Source: a virus
Taxonomy: Duplodnaviria; Caudoviricetes
Direction: 5' to 3' (one strand)
Length of the DNA stretch: 64,000 nucleotides
IMG/VR virus record: IMGVR_UViG_3300043447_000710
Coordinates: 32,001-96,000 of that record
Shown piece by piece: positions 1 to 9,526 of this stretch; position 1 is the first letter of the stretch; each line of letters starts with the position of its first letter. The notes beneath the pieces are model-generated. The model searched no databases, was not told where the DNA came from, and saw only the letters and a program-made list of their open reading frames with translations. A program made the position numbers and the translations under genes.

Positions 1-3000
1 GAACCTTCAAATAATACGTCGCCACTGGCTAACGGAGTCCCTGACTCACTAGTTCTAAATAGATCTTTATCTCGCAAGAACTCAAACACTTGAATGTTGG
101 CGTTTACGTCAGCTAAAGCTTCGTGCGCCATATAAGTTCCATAGTCGCCGCTGGCTAGTAAAGCTCTAGCATTTTCATCGCCGGCTCTAGCTAAGTCTCT
201 AAGATTTACCCGCTCGCTAGCTTTGTAGACATTTCCTAAAGAGTGTTTGGTGCTAGCAATCTCTCTCTTTAATTTAGGTCTATCTACGTCATTAACCGTA
301 TCTATAGTTCTAAACGTACTTAAATCTAGACCTAACTTAGCAAATTCAGGAGTTAAAGTTGGAATATCAAACTCTCTAACGTTGTGACCGACTAAGGCAG
401 CGTCTCGATAGCTACCACTCAGAAGTCTTGTAACTTCTTGTAGAGCACTATTTAAACTATCAAACTGTCCGGGCTTGTTAGCCTGCCAAGCAATTTCGGT
501 ACGATTTTGTCCGTCAGAGAACACAAACGCTATTTCTGAAATCGAGTCGCTAGGATAATAACGAGGATCGCTTTTAGGAAAACGCTTGTCCATAAGTCCT
601 GAAGTTTCGATGTCAAAGAACACGAACTTAGTGCCCAGCTCGTTCTTACGTCCAGAAAATCCAGTCGAGTCATCTAAGCGCCGCCGGTCGAAAAGCCCTG
701 CTAAGGCTAAAGCTCGCTCGCGCAACTGCAAACTTTCGCTACCTGAATAGAAAGAAATCGTTTCTCCTAACAATTTACCAGTAGTAGCTAATCTTTCTAA
801 AGCACTAGCGTCTCCACTAGTTACGGCGCGGGCATAAGTATCGAAGTAGTTATTCTCCCCAAAAACTCCTAGACTTGCGTGTATCTGACTGGTATCTTTT
901 AAACCACCTATAGCCATTCGGTAGTCTGCAACGCTTTGAGACCCCGCAAAGGGTGAGATGAAATTTACACTTTCTACACCTCCTGTATTGGCAAATTTTA
1001 CTAACAATCTGTAAGCCGCAGCTACTTCAGTTAGTTCGTTAGGATCGCTAACGTAGCCTCGCATCCTATCGATTTGCTGCTTACTCAGTGCTAAGGAGTA
1101 ATGATATTCAAGATTAGCACTATCGCTAGAACCCGCAGCTTGTTGGATTTTAGAAGGAGCCACTCGAACGCCAATCTGGAAAGGAATCGAAGCTTCTGAT
1201 GCTGCATATACGTCGGCCGCTCTAGCTACTATCGCTTGATAAACATCGCCGCTACGATCTCTATCAGTCAGGTTTCCGGCGCGGTACTTTTCTTTAAGTT
1301 TATAAATCTCTGTTTCTTTTACTAACGCATTACTGCCGCTTTTACGAAATTCAGCTTTTGATTTGAATAATAAGTCCATTGCTGCTTGAGAATGTTTTTG
1401 CCCAAACAGAATCTCTTCGTTAACCAACCCAGTATTGCGATCGATTAAGTTTAGTTCTAGCTTAGAACCTAATAAAGGCGCCGTTGCAATCTGCTGTCTG
1501 CTGGAGTCTAATACCTGCAAACTAAGGCCGAACAAACTAGACACTACCGAAGCAGCGCGTACCGTAGCAGAACCCTGGTTGAAGCTCCGTACTCCTTTAA
1601 TAGTTTCTGCATCTTTACCGGCTGCTGTAAATAAGCCTACTACCTTTTCAATAAATCTGTTATCCCCGGCTTCTAACGCAAGGACTAAAGTCTCTTGTAA
1701 TTGTGCGACCGGCGCTAACGTACCTAAACTAGAGTACTTACCTGTTTTACTGTCTATTAGATTGAATAAGCCTGAGTTGTTTATAAACAGTCCGGCATTC
1801 TTTGTTAAAACGTCAGAACTGCCAATGCTGTCTTCAAACCCTGCCTTTTTAAAAGAGGTTGTTAATAACGCTTTTAGCTTTTGACTTTGAGCTTCTAATT
1901 TAAGCCGCTCTACTGGGTCTTTACTTTTAGAGCTTAAATCAGCTGTAAAGTAATTTGCAAACAACGCAGTAGCTAACTTGTCAGTACGCAATCGTTGCAC
2001 GAAGGCTTGAGCTGTGTCTGCAGTAGTCAGTACGTCTAAGCCAGACTCGTAATTAAATCCTTTAAGCGAAGCGCTAGCAGCCATCGAGTAAATCTCATTA
2101 TCGTTGGCAGTTCTAGAAGATAAGCCTAGCCCGCTAAGCGTGCGATCGTAATAGTCAAAAATACCAGACTCATCAAACCGTGCCGGACCTTTAACGTTTT
2201 CAACGCCAGGACGCACCGCCCCGTTAAACAAAATCGTATAGCTAACATGGCCTACCAACCTTCCGTCTAACTCAGTGAAATTTAATATATCGTTAGTAAC
2301 TGCGACTCCCTCCTGCACGTCTCGAAGACGTCCAGAAATCTTAATTGCCGCTCTAGCTGCTTTAGTAAAAGCTCCTTTCTCATCGGCATATGGAGCTAAA
2401 GCTACATATAGTCTGGAGCTGTCTCCGTCAAACGTTCCGTACTGAGTAAAACTACCGCCATCGTCAAAGCCGTATAGACCAGGCTGTAACGTGACTTTCA
2501 TGGCACCTTCTTGAGATAGCGAGATTCCTCGAATAAATTTAAACTTGTCCTTGACTTTTAAATTAACTGCTTTGCGTACGTCTTTGTTTTCCCATAATTG
2601 CTCTGCAGTTAAGTCAGAGTCATCTAAATAGGATTGTAATACGTTATTTCGGTACGTGTCGATCGCATTTAAAGTTTTAGCGTGTAATAATTCTTGTTCT
2701 CCATAGTAAATGAAACGTCCCGGAGCAAACGCTTTTTGTAGCAACGCCCGTTGGCGATCGCTAGCAATATTAGCTGCGTGTAATTTTCCACCAACAGCAT
2801 CATAACTACTAACACTTTCAATTTGAATTTTAGTGTACTGCTCGTAGCCGTAATAACTTTGATGTTTGGCATTAACGTGCATAAAGTCAGAGAGCTGATG
2901 CAAACCAGTACCGATCAGCACCCGTTTCAACTTGGAATTAGTAGCAAAACCTCTTAGCTCAGCTTGTGGGTTGGCATCGTTAATTCTTGCCATAGTAGTT

Positions 3001-5036
3001 GGGTCTTCCCCGTTAGCTACTGCAGTTTGTAAAGCCGCAAACTGCAATGGCGCTAATACCGTATCGACGTTCGCAGAAATTGCTTCTTCTCGGCGCAAGT
3101 TAAGTAATTTACCATTAACACTTTCGTAATATTTACTTAGGTCGTTTTGCTGTAAGAGATCTTTATAAAATTCAGACGAGTATTCGATTGCCGGCTTAGT
3201 TCCAGTAAGGTTCTTTAATCGCTGGGGAATTTGCTCGGCTTTACGGTAGGGAACTAGTAATATCGATTGGCTAGAAGTTTCTAAATAGAGCTTTTGCTGT
3301 AGCTCTTTTAACCAATCTTCTTTATCTTTATACCCGTCGAGCTCGGCTCCTAATTTGTCTAAGGTAGTAGTAGCTAGCTGTTTGCTGCCAGAAAACAAAG
3401 TAGCGATGTCATAAAAAGTAGTTGTTTCTGCAGCCATAGATTCTAATTGTGAGTCGTGATGGCGGCGATCGTAAATCTTTAGATTGCTAGTCTGCGCGGC
3501 AATCCCAGCATAAGCCACACCTATAGGCATCGAACCGCTGCCGTGTTTGTAAGTTCCTCCAAGCTGTAATAAAGAATTCGAGCCATCTGCTAAAGTTAAA
3601 GGGCTGCGATCTGGTAAATAATAAGCTCGTCTAGCTAGTTGCTGAGCGCCTGAAAAGTTAGCTTCGTGCGGCTGTAAATACGGAGACATTAATTGCTCGA
3701 TTAGATTTTTACGCCCGCCTTGAATCTGCTGTTTTAATAGCGCTTCATATCTACTTTGCAGCAGTAAGTTTCCTTGCCAACTAGAGGTAAGAATTGCTTG
3801 CTTTAAATTTGCAAAGGCGTCTACTCGCAACGAACGCCCGTTGATATCGGTAACTATTTGCGGATCTAAAAGTATCTGAGCTAGATTGCTAACTACTTTA
3901 GCGCCTACGCCCTGTCTTAAAGTATCGGTATTGCCTAACGGTCGCAGAACCTTATCGATGCCACTACTGTAAATATCTGCTAATCGAGCGGCACTTACTT
4001 GGGAATACTCTTGAGACCCAGATAAACTTAGAAATCTGGCTTTTAGCATTTCGCGAAAAGCCGTAACCTCTGCGCCCCGTTCTGCAAATGTATTGACATA
4101 GCTACTAAAAGTAGTATCAGCTCCGATTAACTTGCCTAAGAATTTGTCTATTTCTAAATATTGTTGGCTGCTACTATAGGTCTGCCGATCTTGAAGAAAC
4201 TGCCTAAATGCTAAGCTACGAGCTTGCTGTAGTAATATTGGCTGCTGCATTACGTAAGTGCGCACTATACCAACTGTAGTTTCAACCGCACTTTGCTCTG
4301 TCTTACCTAAGTAGCTAGCGCCAATATATCTATAGCTAGGTAGATCTAAAATGCCACCGCCTACAGTCGCTGCAAACTCGAATGTCTTGCTTTTACTTCT
4401 TAATAAATCTCTTTCTCCACTTTGAAGCAGTACTTCACCAGTACTTAAAATTTCGATATCTGGTACGCGCACGCTCAATCGCCCGTCCTTGGTTTGCGAG
4501 ATACTAATATCGATGTTGTAATCGTCTTTTAGCTGTCGTTGTAAAGAGTTCATCCCCTTAGCTAAAAAGGTAGGTTCTACAAAGGTACGACTGCGATCGC
4601 CAGATAATATAGTAGTTACGCTAGCCGATCGTTCGAGGTCGCCACTCATAACAAAACTAGCGTTAATAAAAATAGACTGAGGCTTGGCTAAATCCCCGGC
4701 TAAAGTTTGAGTTTGGGGTGCGCTCAAACCTATCGTCGGACTACCGTATAAGCCTTTAACATACCCGTAAGTATCGTCGCGAATAGAAGTGAGATTGAGA
4801 TTGCTGCTGGGAACTAGACTAGTTAATTTGCGCCCTAGATCCTGCTGGTCTACAAAAGGTTCGTAACTACCGTCTGTCGTATAACTTCCAGAAAGCCGGC
4901 TCTTAATAATATCGCTTAAAACGGACTCGTCGTTGACGCCTCTATAGCTGTCGTTAACACCATCGACAAACTCGCCAATCCGTAAAGACGTACGATTGAT
5001 AGATGTTGAAAATAAATCTAGGATCGGATCTGACAT
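1..5036 (-). CDS. Giant protein (>1,678 aa, runs off the left edge) with an internal DEDDh 3'-5' exonuclease domain; probable virion/ejected protein
   Basis: ATG at 5036 (MSDPILDLFSTSINR...). The frame reads open to the window edge, which explains its absence from the ORF track. Exo I FFDIETSGL (~595-620), Exo II LVGHNVREFD (~367-396) and Exo III HEALADV (~106-126) are all in frame. Confidence 0.85.
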   Translation of the reverse strand, partial: MSDPILDLFSTSINRTSLRIGEFVDGVNDSYRGVNDESVLSDIIKSRLSGSYTTDGSYEPFVDQQDLGRKLTSLVPSSNLNLTSIRDDTYGYVKGLYGSPTIGLSAPQTQTLAGDLAKPQSIFINASFVMSGDLERSASVTTILSGDRSRTFVEPTFLAKGMNSLQRQLKDDYNIDISISQTKDGRLSVRVPDIEILSTGEVLLQSGERDLLRSKSKTFEFAATVGGGILDLPSYRYIGASYLGKTEQSAVETTVGIVRTYVMQQPILLQQARSLAFRQFLQDRQTYSSSQQYLEIDKFLGKLIGADTTFSSYVNTFAERGAEVTAFREMLKARFLSLSGSQEYSQVSAARLADIYSSGIDKVLRPLGNTDTLRQGVGAKVVSNLAQILLDPQIVTDINGRSLRVDAFANLKQAILTSSWQGNLLLQSRYEALLKQQIQGGRKNLIEQLMSPYLQPHEANFSGAQQLARRAYYLPDRSPLTLADGSNSLLQLGGTYKHGSGSMPIGVAYAGIAAQTSNLKIYDRRHHDSQLESMAAETTTFYDIATLFSGSKQLATTTLDKLGAELDGYKDKEDWLKELQQKLYLETSSQSILLVPYRKAEQIPQRLKNLTGTKPAIEYSSEFYKDLLQQNDLSKYYESVNGKLLNLRREEAISANVDTVLAPLQFAALQTAVANGEDPTTMARINDANPQAELRGFATNSKLKRVLIGTGLHQLSDFMHVNAKHQSYYGYEQYTKIQIESVSSYDAVGGKLHAANIASDRQRALLQKAFAPGRFIYYGEQELLHAKTLNAIDTYRNNVLQSYLDDSDLTAEQLWENKDVRKAVNLKVKDKFKFIRGISLSQEGAMKVTLQPGLYGFDDGGSFTQYGTFDGDSSRLYVALAPYADEKGAFTKAARAAIKISGRLRDVQEGVAVTNDILNFTELDGRLVGHVSYTILFNGAVRPGVENVKGPARFDESGIFDYYDRTLSGLGLSSRTANDNEIYSMAASASLKGFNYESGLDVLTTADTAQAFVQRLRTDKLATALFANYFTADLSSKSKDPVERLKLEAQSQKLKALLTTSFKKAGFEDSIGSSDVLTKNAGLFINNSGLFNLIDSKTGKYSSLGTLAPVAQLQETLVLALEAGDNRFIEKVVGLFTAAGKDAETIKGVRSFNQGSATVRAASVVSSLFGLSLQVLDSSRQQIATAPLLGSKLELNLIDRNTGLVNEEILFGQKHSQAAMDLLFKSKAEFRKSGSNALVKETEIYKLKEKYRAGNLTDRDRSGDVYQAIVARAADVYAASEASIPFQIGVRVAPSKIQQAAGSSDSANLEYHYSLALSKQQIDRMRGYVSDPNELTEVAAAYRLLVKFANTGGVESVNFISPFAGSQSVADYRMAIGGLKDTSQIHASLGVFGENNYFDTYARAVTSGDASALERLATTGKLLGETISFYSGSESLQLRERALALAGLFDRRRLDDSTGFSGRKNELGTKFVFFDIETSGLMDKRFPKSDPRYYPSDSISEIAFVFSDGQNRTEIAWQANKPGQFDSLNSALQEVTRLLSGSYRDAALVGHNVREFDIPTLTPEFAKLGLDLSTFRTIDTVNDVDRPKLKREIASTKHSLGNVYKASERVNLRDLARAGDENARALLASGDYGTYMAHEALADVNANIQVFEFLRDKDLFRTSESGTPLASGDVLFEG

Positions 5037-5056
5037 GATAGCAGCTATAGAAAGTC

Positions 5057-5770
5057 TTAGTTAGGAATTAAGGTAATAACGTCATCGAGAGATTTTCCTT
5101 CACTTAAAATATCGACTAGTAATTTTGCTTGTTGACATAATAAGAAGTCTTGGGCGAACCTAGAAGCGTTATTATTTCTGAAAGGTTTTATAGCGTTTTG
5201 CTTGTAATACCGATAGTCATTTAAAAGATGATCCCGGCCTAGTAATATCGGGCTGTCATTTCTAAATTTATTGGCTAGCAGCAAAGGATACCAATATTCA
5301 CTGTCGCTACAGCCAACTACTAAGATCTTCTGGCTGGTAATTTCAATCTGACACGTTTTCGTATAAGCTTTAGTACAGTAGAAATCTAGTCCTTGATAAG
5401 TCGTATATGTATATGCTATAAGCGTGTCATAGACAGGATTACCAGGATTGATAAACGTTAGCACAGGATCGATCTGCCCTAGATAACTGTTTAGTTTCGC
5501 CGGAATACCTAAGAGGCAAGCATAACCTATAGTTTTATTTTTTAAGTTTCTAGTGCGCTCGTTAACTAAAAAGTCTTTTATAAAAAGATTTTCTCTGTCT
5601 AATAGCTCTAGGTATTGATATTCTAAGGCTAACCAGCGTGACTGTAGGTGTGACGAGCTACTAGTTATTGCCGCTTTCAGCCAGTCTTTACGTCTGCTAT
5701 GATTGAGAATTCGATAGCTACAGACAGCAATTAAAGCCTTTTCAAAATGAGTTGCTTGGATCTTGGACAT
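5057..5770 (-). CDS. Hypothetical protein
   Basis: Track ORF 5057..5818; the likelier start is the ATG at 5770 (MSKIQATHF). Co-oriented with and 20 nt upstream of the giant gene. Confidence 0.7.
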   Translation of the reverse strand: MSKIQATHFEKALIAVCSYRILNHSRRKDWLKAAITSSSSHLQSRWLALEYQYLELLDRENLFIKDFLVNERTRNLKNKTIGYACLLGIPAKLNSYLGQIDPVLTFINPGNPVYDTLIAYTYTTYQGLDFYCTKAYTKTCQIEITSQKILVVGCSDSEYWYPLLLANKFRNDSPILLGRDHLLNDYRYYKQNAIKPFRNNNASRFAQDFLLCQQAKLLVDILSEGKSLDDVITLIPN

Positions 5771-5782
5771 ATGTTTGTGATG

Positions 5783-5790
5783 GCGCGTTA
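5783..5790 (+). promoter_or_regulatory. GCGCGTTA motif, candidate late-promoter element (also at 9453-9460 and 15595-15602)
   Basis: Identical 8-mer 53-70 nt upstream of the chaperone, protease and sheath start codons. Confidence 0.4.
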
Positions 5791-5843
5791 CTAAAACTTT
5801 AGCTCTGCTAAGTTGCAAAGCGAGCAGAACTATCTATTTTTTT

Positions 5844-6650
5844 ATGCAAGACGTTTTAAAGATCGACCGGAGTATGTTAGCTACGGGTAAAACCGAAGTG
5901 GAAATCCGCGCTCCTAAATATTCAGATCTGCGTAAAGCCCGCAAACTGTTTCCTTACGACCGCCCAGACCGAGATCGACTGGGTTACATCCCAGAAGATC
6001 TGATGCTGGCTTCGCTGTTAGTAACGGTAAACGGCAAAGCAGTTGACGAAAGTACCGATCTAATAGACCGGTTGGCAGAACTCCCGTTAGCAGACAAGCA
6101 AGCTTTGTACGCTTTAGTTAACGAGACTTTCTACCTATCTAAAGAACGAGCTAATGTCGCTGCAGACAACGGCAAAGCCGCACGTTATGAAGCCTATGAG
6201 TTTCGTTCGATCCCTGCTAACGAAATGCCGAGTGGCAAAGAAGTTAAGTTTAATATGCCCAATACTGCGGCGCAAATTCAATGCGAGCAGAACTATCCAG
6301 GCTTAGATAAAAGCGGAGTAGGTCTAGAAGAGTATATGTTCGCTTACTGCTTGACAGGTAACGAAGGAGCTGATAAGTTAGCGGTTCTTGACGATTGGGA
6401 AATCGAAGACGTGCAGTATGCTGTCAATTACTATTTAGCCTGCGCTTCGATCGATGAAGATACTCGGGTCAACTTAAAAAAGACAGCCCGTACGCTAAAA
6501 CAGCAATTGCGCGCGAAGTCTATCTCCAAACCCTTACCAGTAGTTCGGGCTGTCAGTCCGAAACAACTAGAAATCCCACTGCAACAGACGACCAGAGAAG
6601 CAGAGGACGTAGCGGACTTGGAAGCTTTGCTGTCGAAGCCGAAGTCTTAG
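5844..6650 (+). CDS. Tail assembly chaperone (gpG-like)
   Basis: Two-repeat architecture (ATGKTEVEIRAPKYSD / PSGKEVKFNMPNTAA; LAELPLADKQAL / LDDWEIEDVQY) typical of contractile-tail chaperones, plus a slippery site leading into an overlapping -1 frame. Confidence 0.65.
   Translation: MQDVLKIDRSMLATGKTEVEIRAPKYSDLRKARKLFPYDRPDRDRLGYIPEDLMLASLLVTVNGKAVDESTDLIDRLAELPLADKQALYALVNETFYLSKERANVAADNGKAARYEAYEFRSIPANEMPSGKEVKFNMPNTAAQIQCEQNYPGLDKSGVGLEEYMFAYCLTGNEGADKLAVLDDWEIEDVQYAVNYYLACASIDEDTRVNLKKTARTLKQQLRAKSISKPLPVVRAVSPKQLEIPLQQTTREAEDVADLEALLSKPKS
6476..6482 (+). other. Programmed -1 ribosomal frameshift heptamer A-AAA-AAG
   Basis: TTA AAA AAG in the chaperone frame. The -1 frame is open from ~6458 to the stop at 7063 and has no ATG before the TTG called at 6734. 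Confidence 0.7.
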
Positions 6651-7063
6651 CTCTACTCTGGGGGCGGCTACTTTTTGATTTAGATTGGGACGTCAGAGCC
6701 GATCGTCAAGGATTCGCTAGTGATGAAGATTACTTGCAAGCAATTCTCGAACGCGATCGAATCATCGACAGCAGAAATAATGAAGTCTCTCAGGTCTACG
6801 ACCTTAAAGCCTACGTAACTGTCAATCAACTAGTCTCAATTTCTTTAGAAAGTTGGATCGGTAAAAATAGCTGGCAGCAAGCTCACGGTTACGGCGACGC
6901 GATTAAAACGGCTTTGCTGTCTGAAGTCAATGCTATCCTCGAAGCTAGAGATCGCGACCGTCGCGACCGCGAGCAAAAAGCTAAACTTGAAACTGCTAAG
7001 CTCTCTGGATCTAATGTCGAACTTCCCCACAAGCTTGGCGGCATTCAAAACTATCTAAGCTAA
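6482..7063 (+). CDS. C-terminal extension of the frameshifted chaperone (gpGT-like)
   Basis: The -1 frame reads DSPYAKTAIAREV...DEDYLQAILERD...NYLS* and contains track ORF 6734..7063. Confidence 0.6.
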   Translation, partial: DSPYAKTAIAREVYLQTLTSSSGCQSETTRNPTATDDQRSRGRSGLGSFAVEAEVLALLWGRLLFDLDWDVRADRQGFASDEDYLQAILERDRIIDSRNNEVSQVYDLKAYVTVNQLVSISLESWIGKNSWQQAHGYGDAIKTALLSEVNAILEARDRDRRDREQKAKLETAKLSGSNVELPHKLGGIQNYLS

Positions 7064-7066
7064 CAA

Positions 7067-8554
7067 ATGCTTTCTTCTTTAAACCCTAGTACTACAGTTA
7101 GAACAGACAAGAAGCGAATGCCGTACGCCCAGTTTAAGCAGTACGGCTGCAATAATCCGCAACCTCATGCAAATCGGGAAGCATTACGAGAGTATAAACG
7201 AGTTGCCGAGCGGGATCTAACGATACGAACTTGTTTTGATATTCTGCTCAAGACAATCATGGCGTCAGTAGACAGAGTAGTCCACGAAGATCCAGAAATC
7301 GCAGATCACTGTAATTATCAATTGGCTGCCTACGAAGACGAACACGGAACTAATTGGCAATCAATGCTTAGCAATCCAATCCACAGTTTGTGGGAAGGAG
7401 GCTTTAGTACTTCAGAGGTAATGTTATCTAAAGGAGACTTTAGCAGGATCTTACTTTCGGATTTAGTTACCTACGATCCTGTTAGCATCCAACTGTATCC
7501 AGACCCTCGCGGCCGGCTGATCGAATCAAAGTCTAGTTACTATAACAGTCGAATTCCGTCAGGGATTTACCAAACAATTCGTAACTACGATCCGACGATC
7601 GCAAACTTGATGGGTAGTTTGGGAAACAGTTACAGTACGTTAGGCATGATTAGGCTACCTAGAAAAAAGGTAGTTTATCTCAAGCAACACGGCCTTTACG
7701 GAAATCATTATGGCATCTCGTCTATCGCGCCCATCTACCGTTGGGTATTATTAAAAGAAGCTTTTATCGACATGATGTCGTCGGCTTTGGATCGTTATGG
7801 CAATCCGCTATTTTATATAGCCATGCCAGATTTGCCAACAGACCTAACCGAGACAGACGATGAAGGTATGGCTAGGGCGATTACTACTTTTGACACTCTC
7901 CGCTCGCAACTTCAAAATCTAGGTTCTCAAGGCAACGCTTTATTATTACCGTACGTTGATAAAGGAGTGCCGCCAAAAATAGGTCAAATCTCTCAGCCGC
8001 AAAACATAGGTTCTGTCTTTATCGATAGTATCGAATACTGCAACGCTCAAATTGCTTTAGAATTAGGAGTACCGACATTCTTTATCTTGTCTAGAAGCTC
8101 CTTAGAAACTAATAACAGAGCGATTCCAGAACACTTAATGACTAGTTTTTGGGCAAACATAGACGACTATCGATCGAAGATTGTTAATGCTATCTGTCGC
8201 CAGATCTTTGCTAAAGTCATCGATTACAACTTTGATAATCGCCCTACTGCCAAACGAGCGCCTACCTTTTCTAGAGTCTATTCAAATCGAGCTGAGGACA
8301 GAGTAGCTACGATGCAAGTAGTTCAAGGCTTGACTAAGGCCGGTGCGCTCAACCCTCAAGTTCAAACTGACTTTGACATCATGCGCCAAATGGTAGGTTT
8401 GCCTACTCGCGATATGAATGCTTCAGACCGCGATCTGTTTGAAAGACTATACGAAAGTAACGCCGGCGGCCGTCCGGTAGGCTCTACCAAACCGCAGCAA
8501 AAAGCCCGCGCTAAAACTAGCAATAAACCAACTGGTGACTTACCGATCGAATAA
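7067..8554 (+). CDS. Portal protein (Mu gp29/DUF935-like)
   Basis: 495 aa; NHYGISSIAPIY and ALDRYGNP motifs typical of portals; upstream of protease and capsid. Confidence 0.8.
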   Translation: MLSSLNPSTTVRTDKKRMPYAQFKQYGCNNPQPHANREALREYKRVAERDLTIRTCFDILLKTIMASVDRVVHEDPEIADHCNYQLAAYEDEHGTNWQSMLSNPIHSLWEGGFSTSEVMLSKGDFSRILLSDLVTYDPVSIQLYPDPRGRLIESKSSYYNSRIPSGIYQTIRNYDPTIANLMGSLGNSYSTLGMIRLPRKKVVYLKQHGLYGNHYGISSIAPIYRWVLLKEAFIDMMSSALDRYGNPLFYIAMPDLPTDLTETDDEGMARAITTFDTLRSQLQNLGSQGNALLLPYVDKGVPPKIGQISQPQNIGSVFIDSIEYCNAQIALELGVPTFFILSRSSLETNNRAIPEHLMTSFWANIDDYRSKIVNAICRQIFAKVIDYNFDNRPTAKRAPTFSRVYSNRAEDRVATMQVVQGLTKAGALNPQVQTDFDIMRQMVGLPTRDMNASDRDLFERLYESNAGGRPVGSTKPQQKARAKTSNKPTGDLPIE

Positions 8555-9097
8555 AAAGTCTAGGCGCAGATCGGACTCTAAAACAGACTTCACGAATAGA
8601 AAGCAGTATTCGTTACTTGGAGTTCTAGACCAACCAGGCCGGATAAAACATTTGTCTTGTTCGCCTGGAATATCAACAATGTAACCTTCGCCTTTAACTT
8701 CTTTTAACGACCAGCCCCATCTACAGCCAAAGGCAAATACGTACTCTTCTATCAAAGCTAATTTTTGCACCCTAGTTTTTCGATCCTTTTGACAAATTAT
8801 TAAATTTAGTTCTGGAAATTTTGGGTCTAGGAATATATCAGTAATCGAGCGATATAAATCTATTTCCCACTGTAAGAACTGTAATGCTTGAGTTGAGTCT
8901 CTTATTTTAAAACGGCTATCGCGAATACAAAAAGATGCGTTCCATCGATCCACTATCGAACCATCGTCGATAGTCTTTGAAATAGCGGCAATCCCTGGCA
9001 TCCATTTACAAGTATCTAGGTCGTTAGCAGAAACGTAACAGCTTGATAGTCTACTTAAAGTTTCGTACGCACAAGCTAAATCTAAATTAAATTTCAT
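8540..9097 (-). CDS. Hypothetical protein
   Basis: 185-aa ORF filling the gap, antisense to the head operon. Confidence 0.6.
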   Translation of the reverse strand: MKFNLDLACAYETLSRLSSCYVSANDLDTCKWMPGIAAISKTIDDGSIVDRWNASFCIRDSRFKIRDSTQALQFLQWEIDLYRSITDIFLDPKFPELNLIICQKDRKTRVQKLALIEEYVFAFGCRWGWSLKEVKGEGYIVDIPGEQDKCFIRPGWSRTPSNEYCFLFVKSVLESDLRLDFLFDR

Positions 9098-9461
9098 GTC
9101 TAACCCTTTGCAATTATTATCTTTTCAAACTTTTAACGAATCCGGCTTTACCAATAACGTCGATCCGGAGGTAGAAGTTGCAAATCCTCCCTGGCAAAAT
9201 GTTAACGTTCCGGCAGTGAAACCGGCAGTGAAACCTACAACTAACGAGCCAGCGGCTATTGAGGTCAGCCCCGTGCAGATAAAAGCCAAGCAGCCAGAAT
9301 TAACAGATGGTAAAACTAAAGGTTTGGCTAATGCTTGTGGTAACTGCGCTTTGGCTTACAACTTTCCAAATCTAGTATGTGCTGTTACTAATGAATCTAC
9401 GCAAGTATTAAATACTTGTGACTCTTACCTAAGCCCATTAGATTTACTCAAAGCGCGTTAG
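9096..9461 (+). CDS. Hypothetical protein with C-terminal Cys cluster (CGNC...C...CD)
   Basis: Track ORF; P/A-rich linker followed by a 4-Cys motif. Confidence 0.6.
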   Translation: MSNPLQLLSFQTFNESGFTNNVDPEVEVANPPWQNVNVPAVKPAVKPTTNEPAAIEVSPVQIKAKQPELTDGKTKGLANACGNCALAYNFPNLVCAVTNESTQVLNTCDSYLSPLDLLKAR

Positions 9462-9526
9462 TACTACTTATCTACGATTTATCTTCAATACCAGAAATAT
9501 GCCAGCTCTGGCGTAACTACTTTTGT

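Noticed and set aside
2420-2445. YGTFDGD in the left giant protein resembling the RNA polymerase NADFDGD motif
   Set aside because: The first catalytic Asp is Thr and no supporting context is visible, so it is not called an RNAP.
1435-3129. Track ORFs 1435..1884, 2669..2872 and 2932..3129
   Set aside because: They are shadows on other frames of the giant minus-strand gene.
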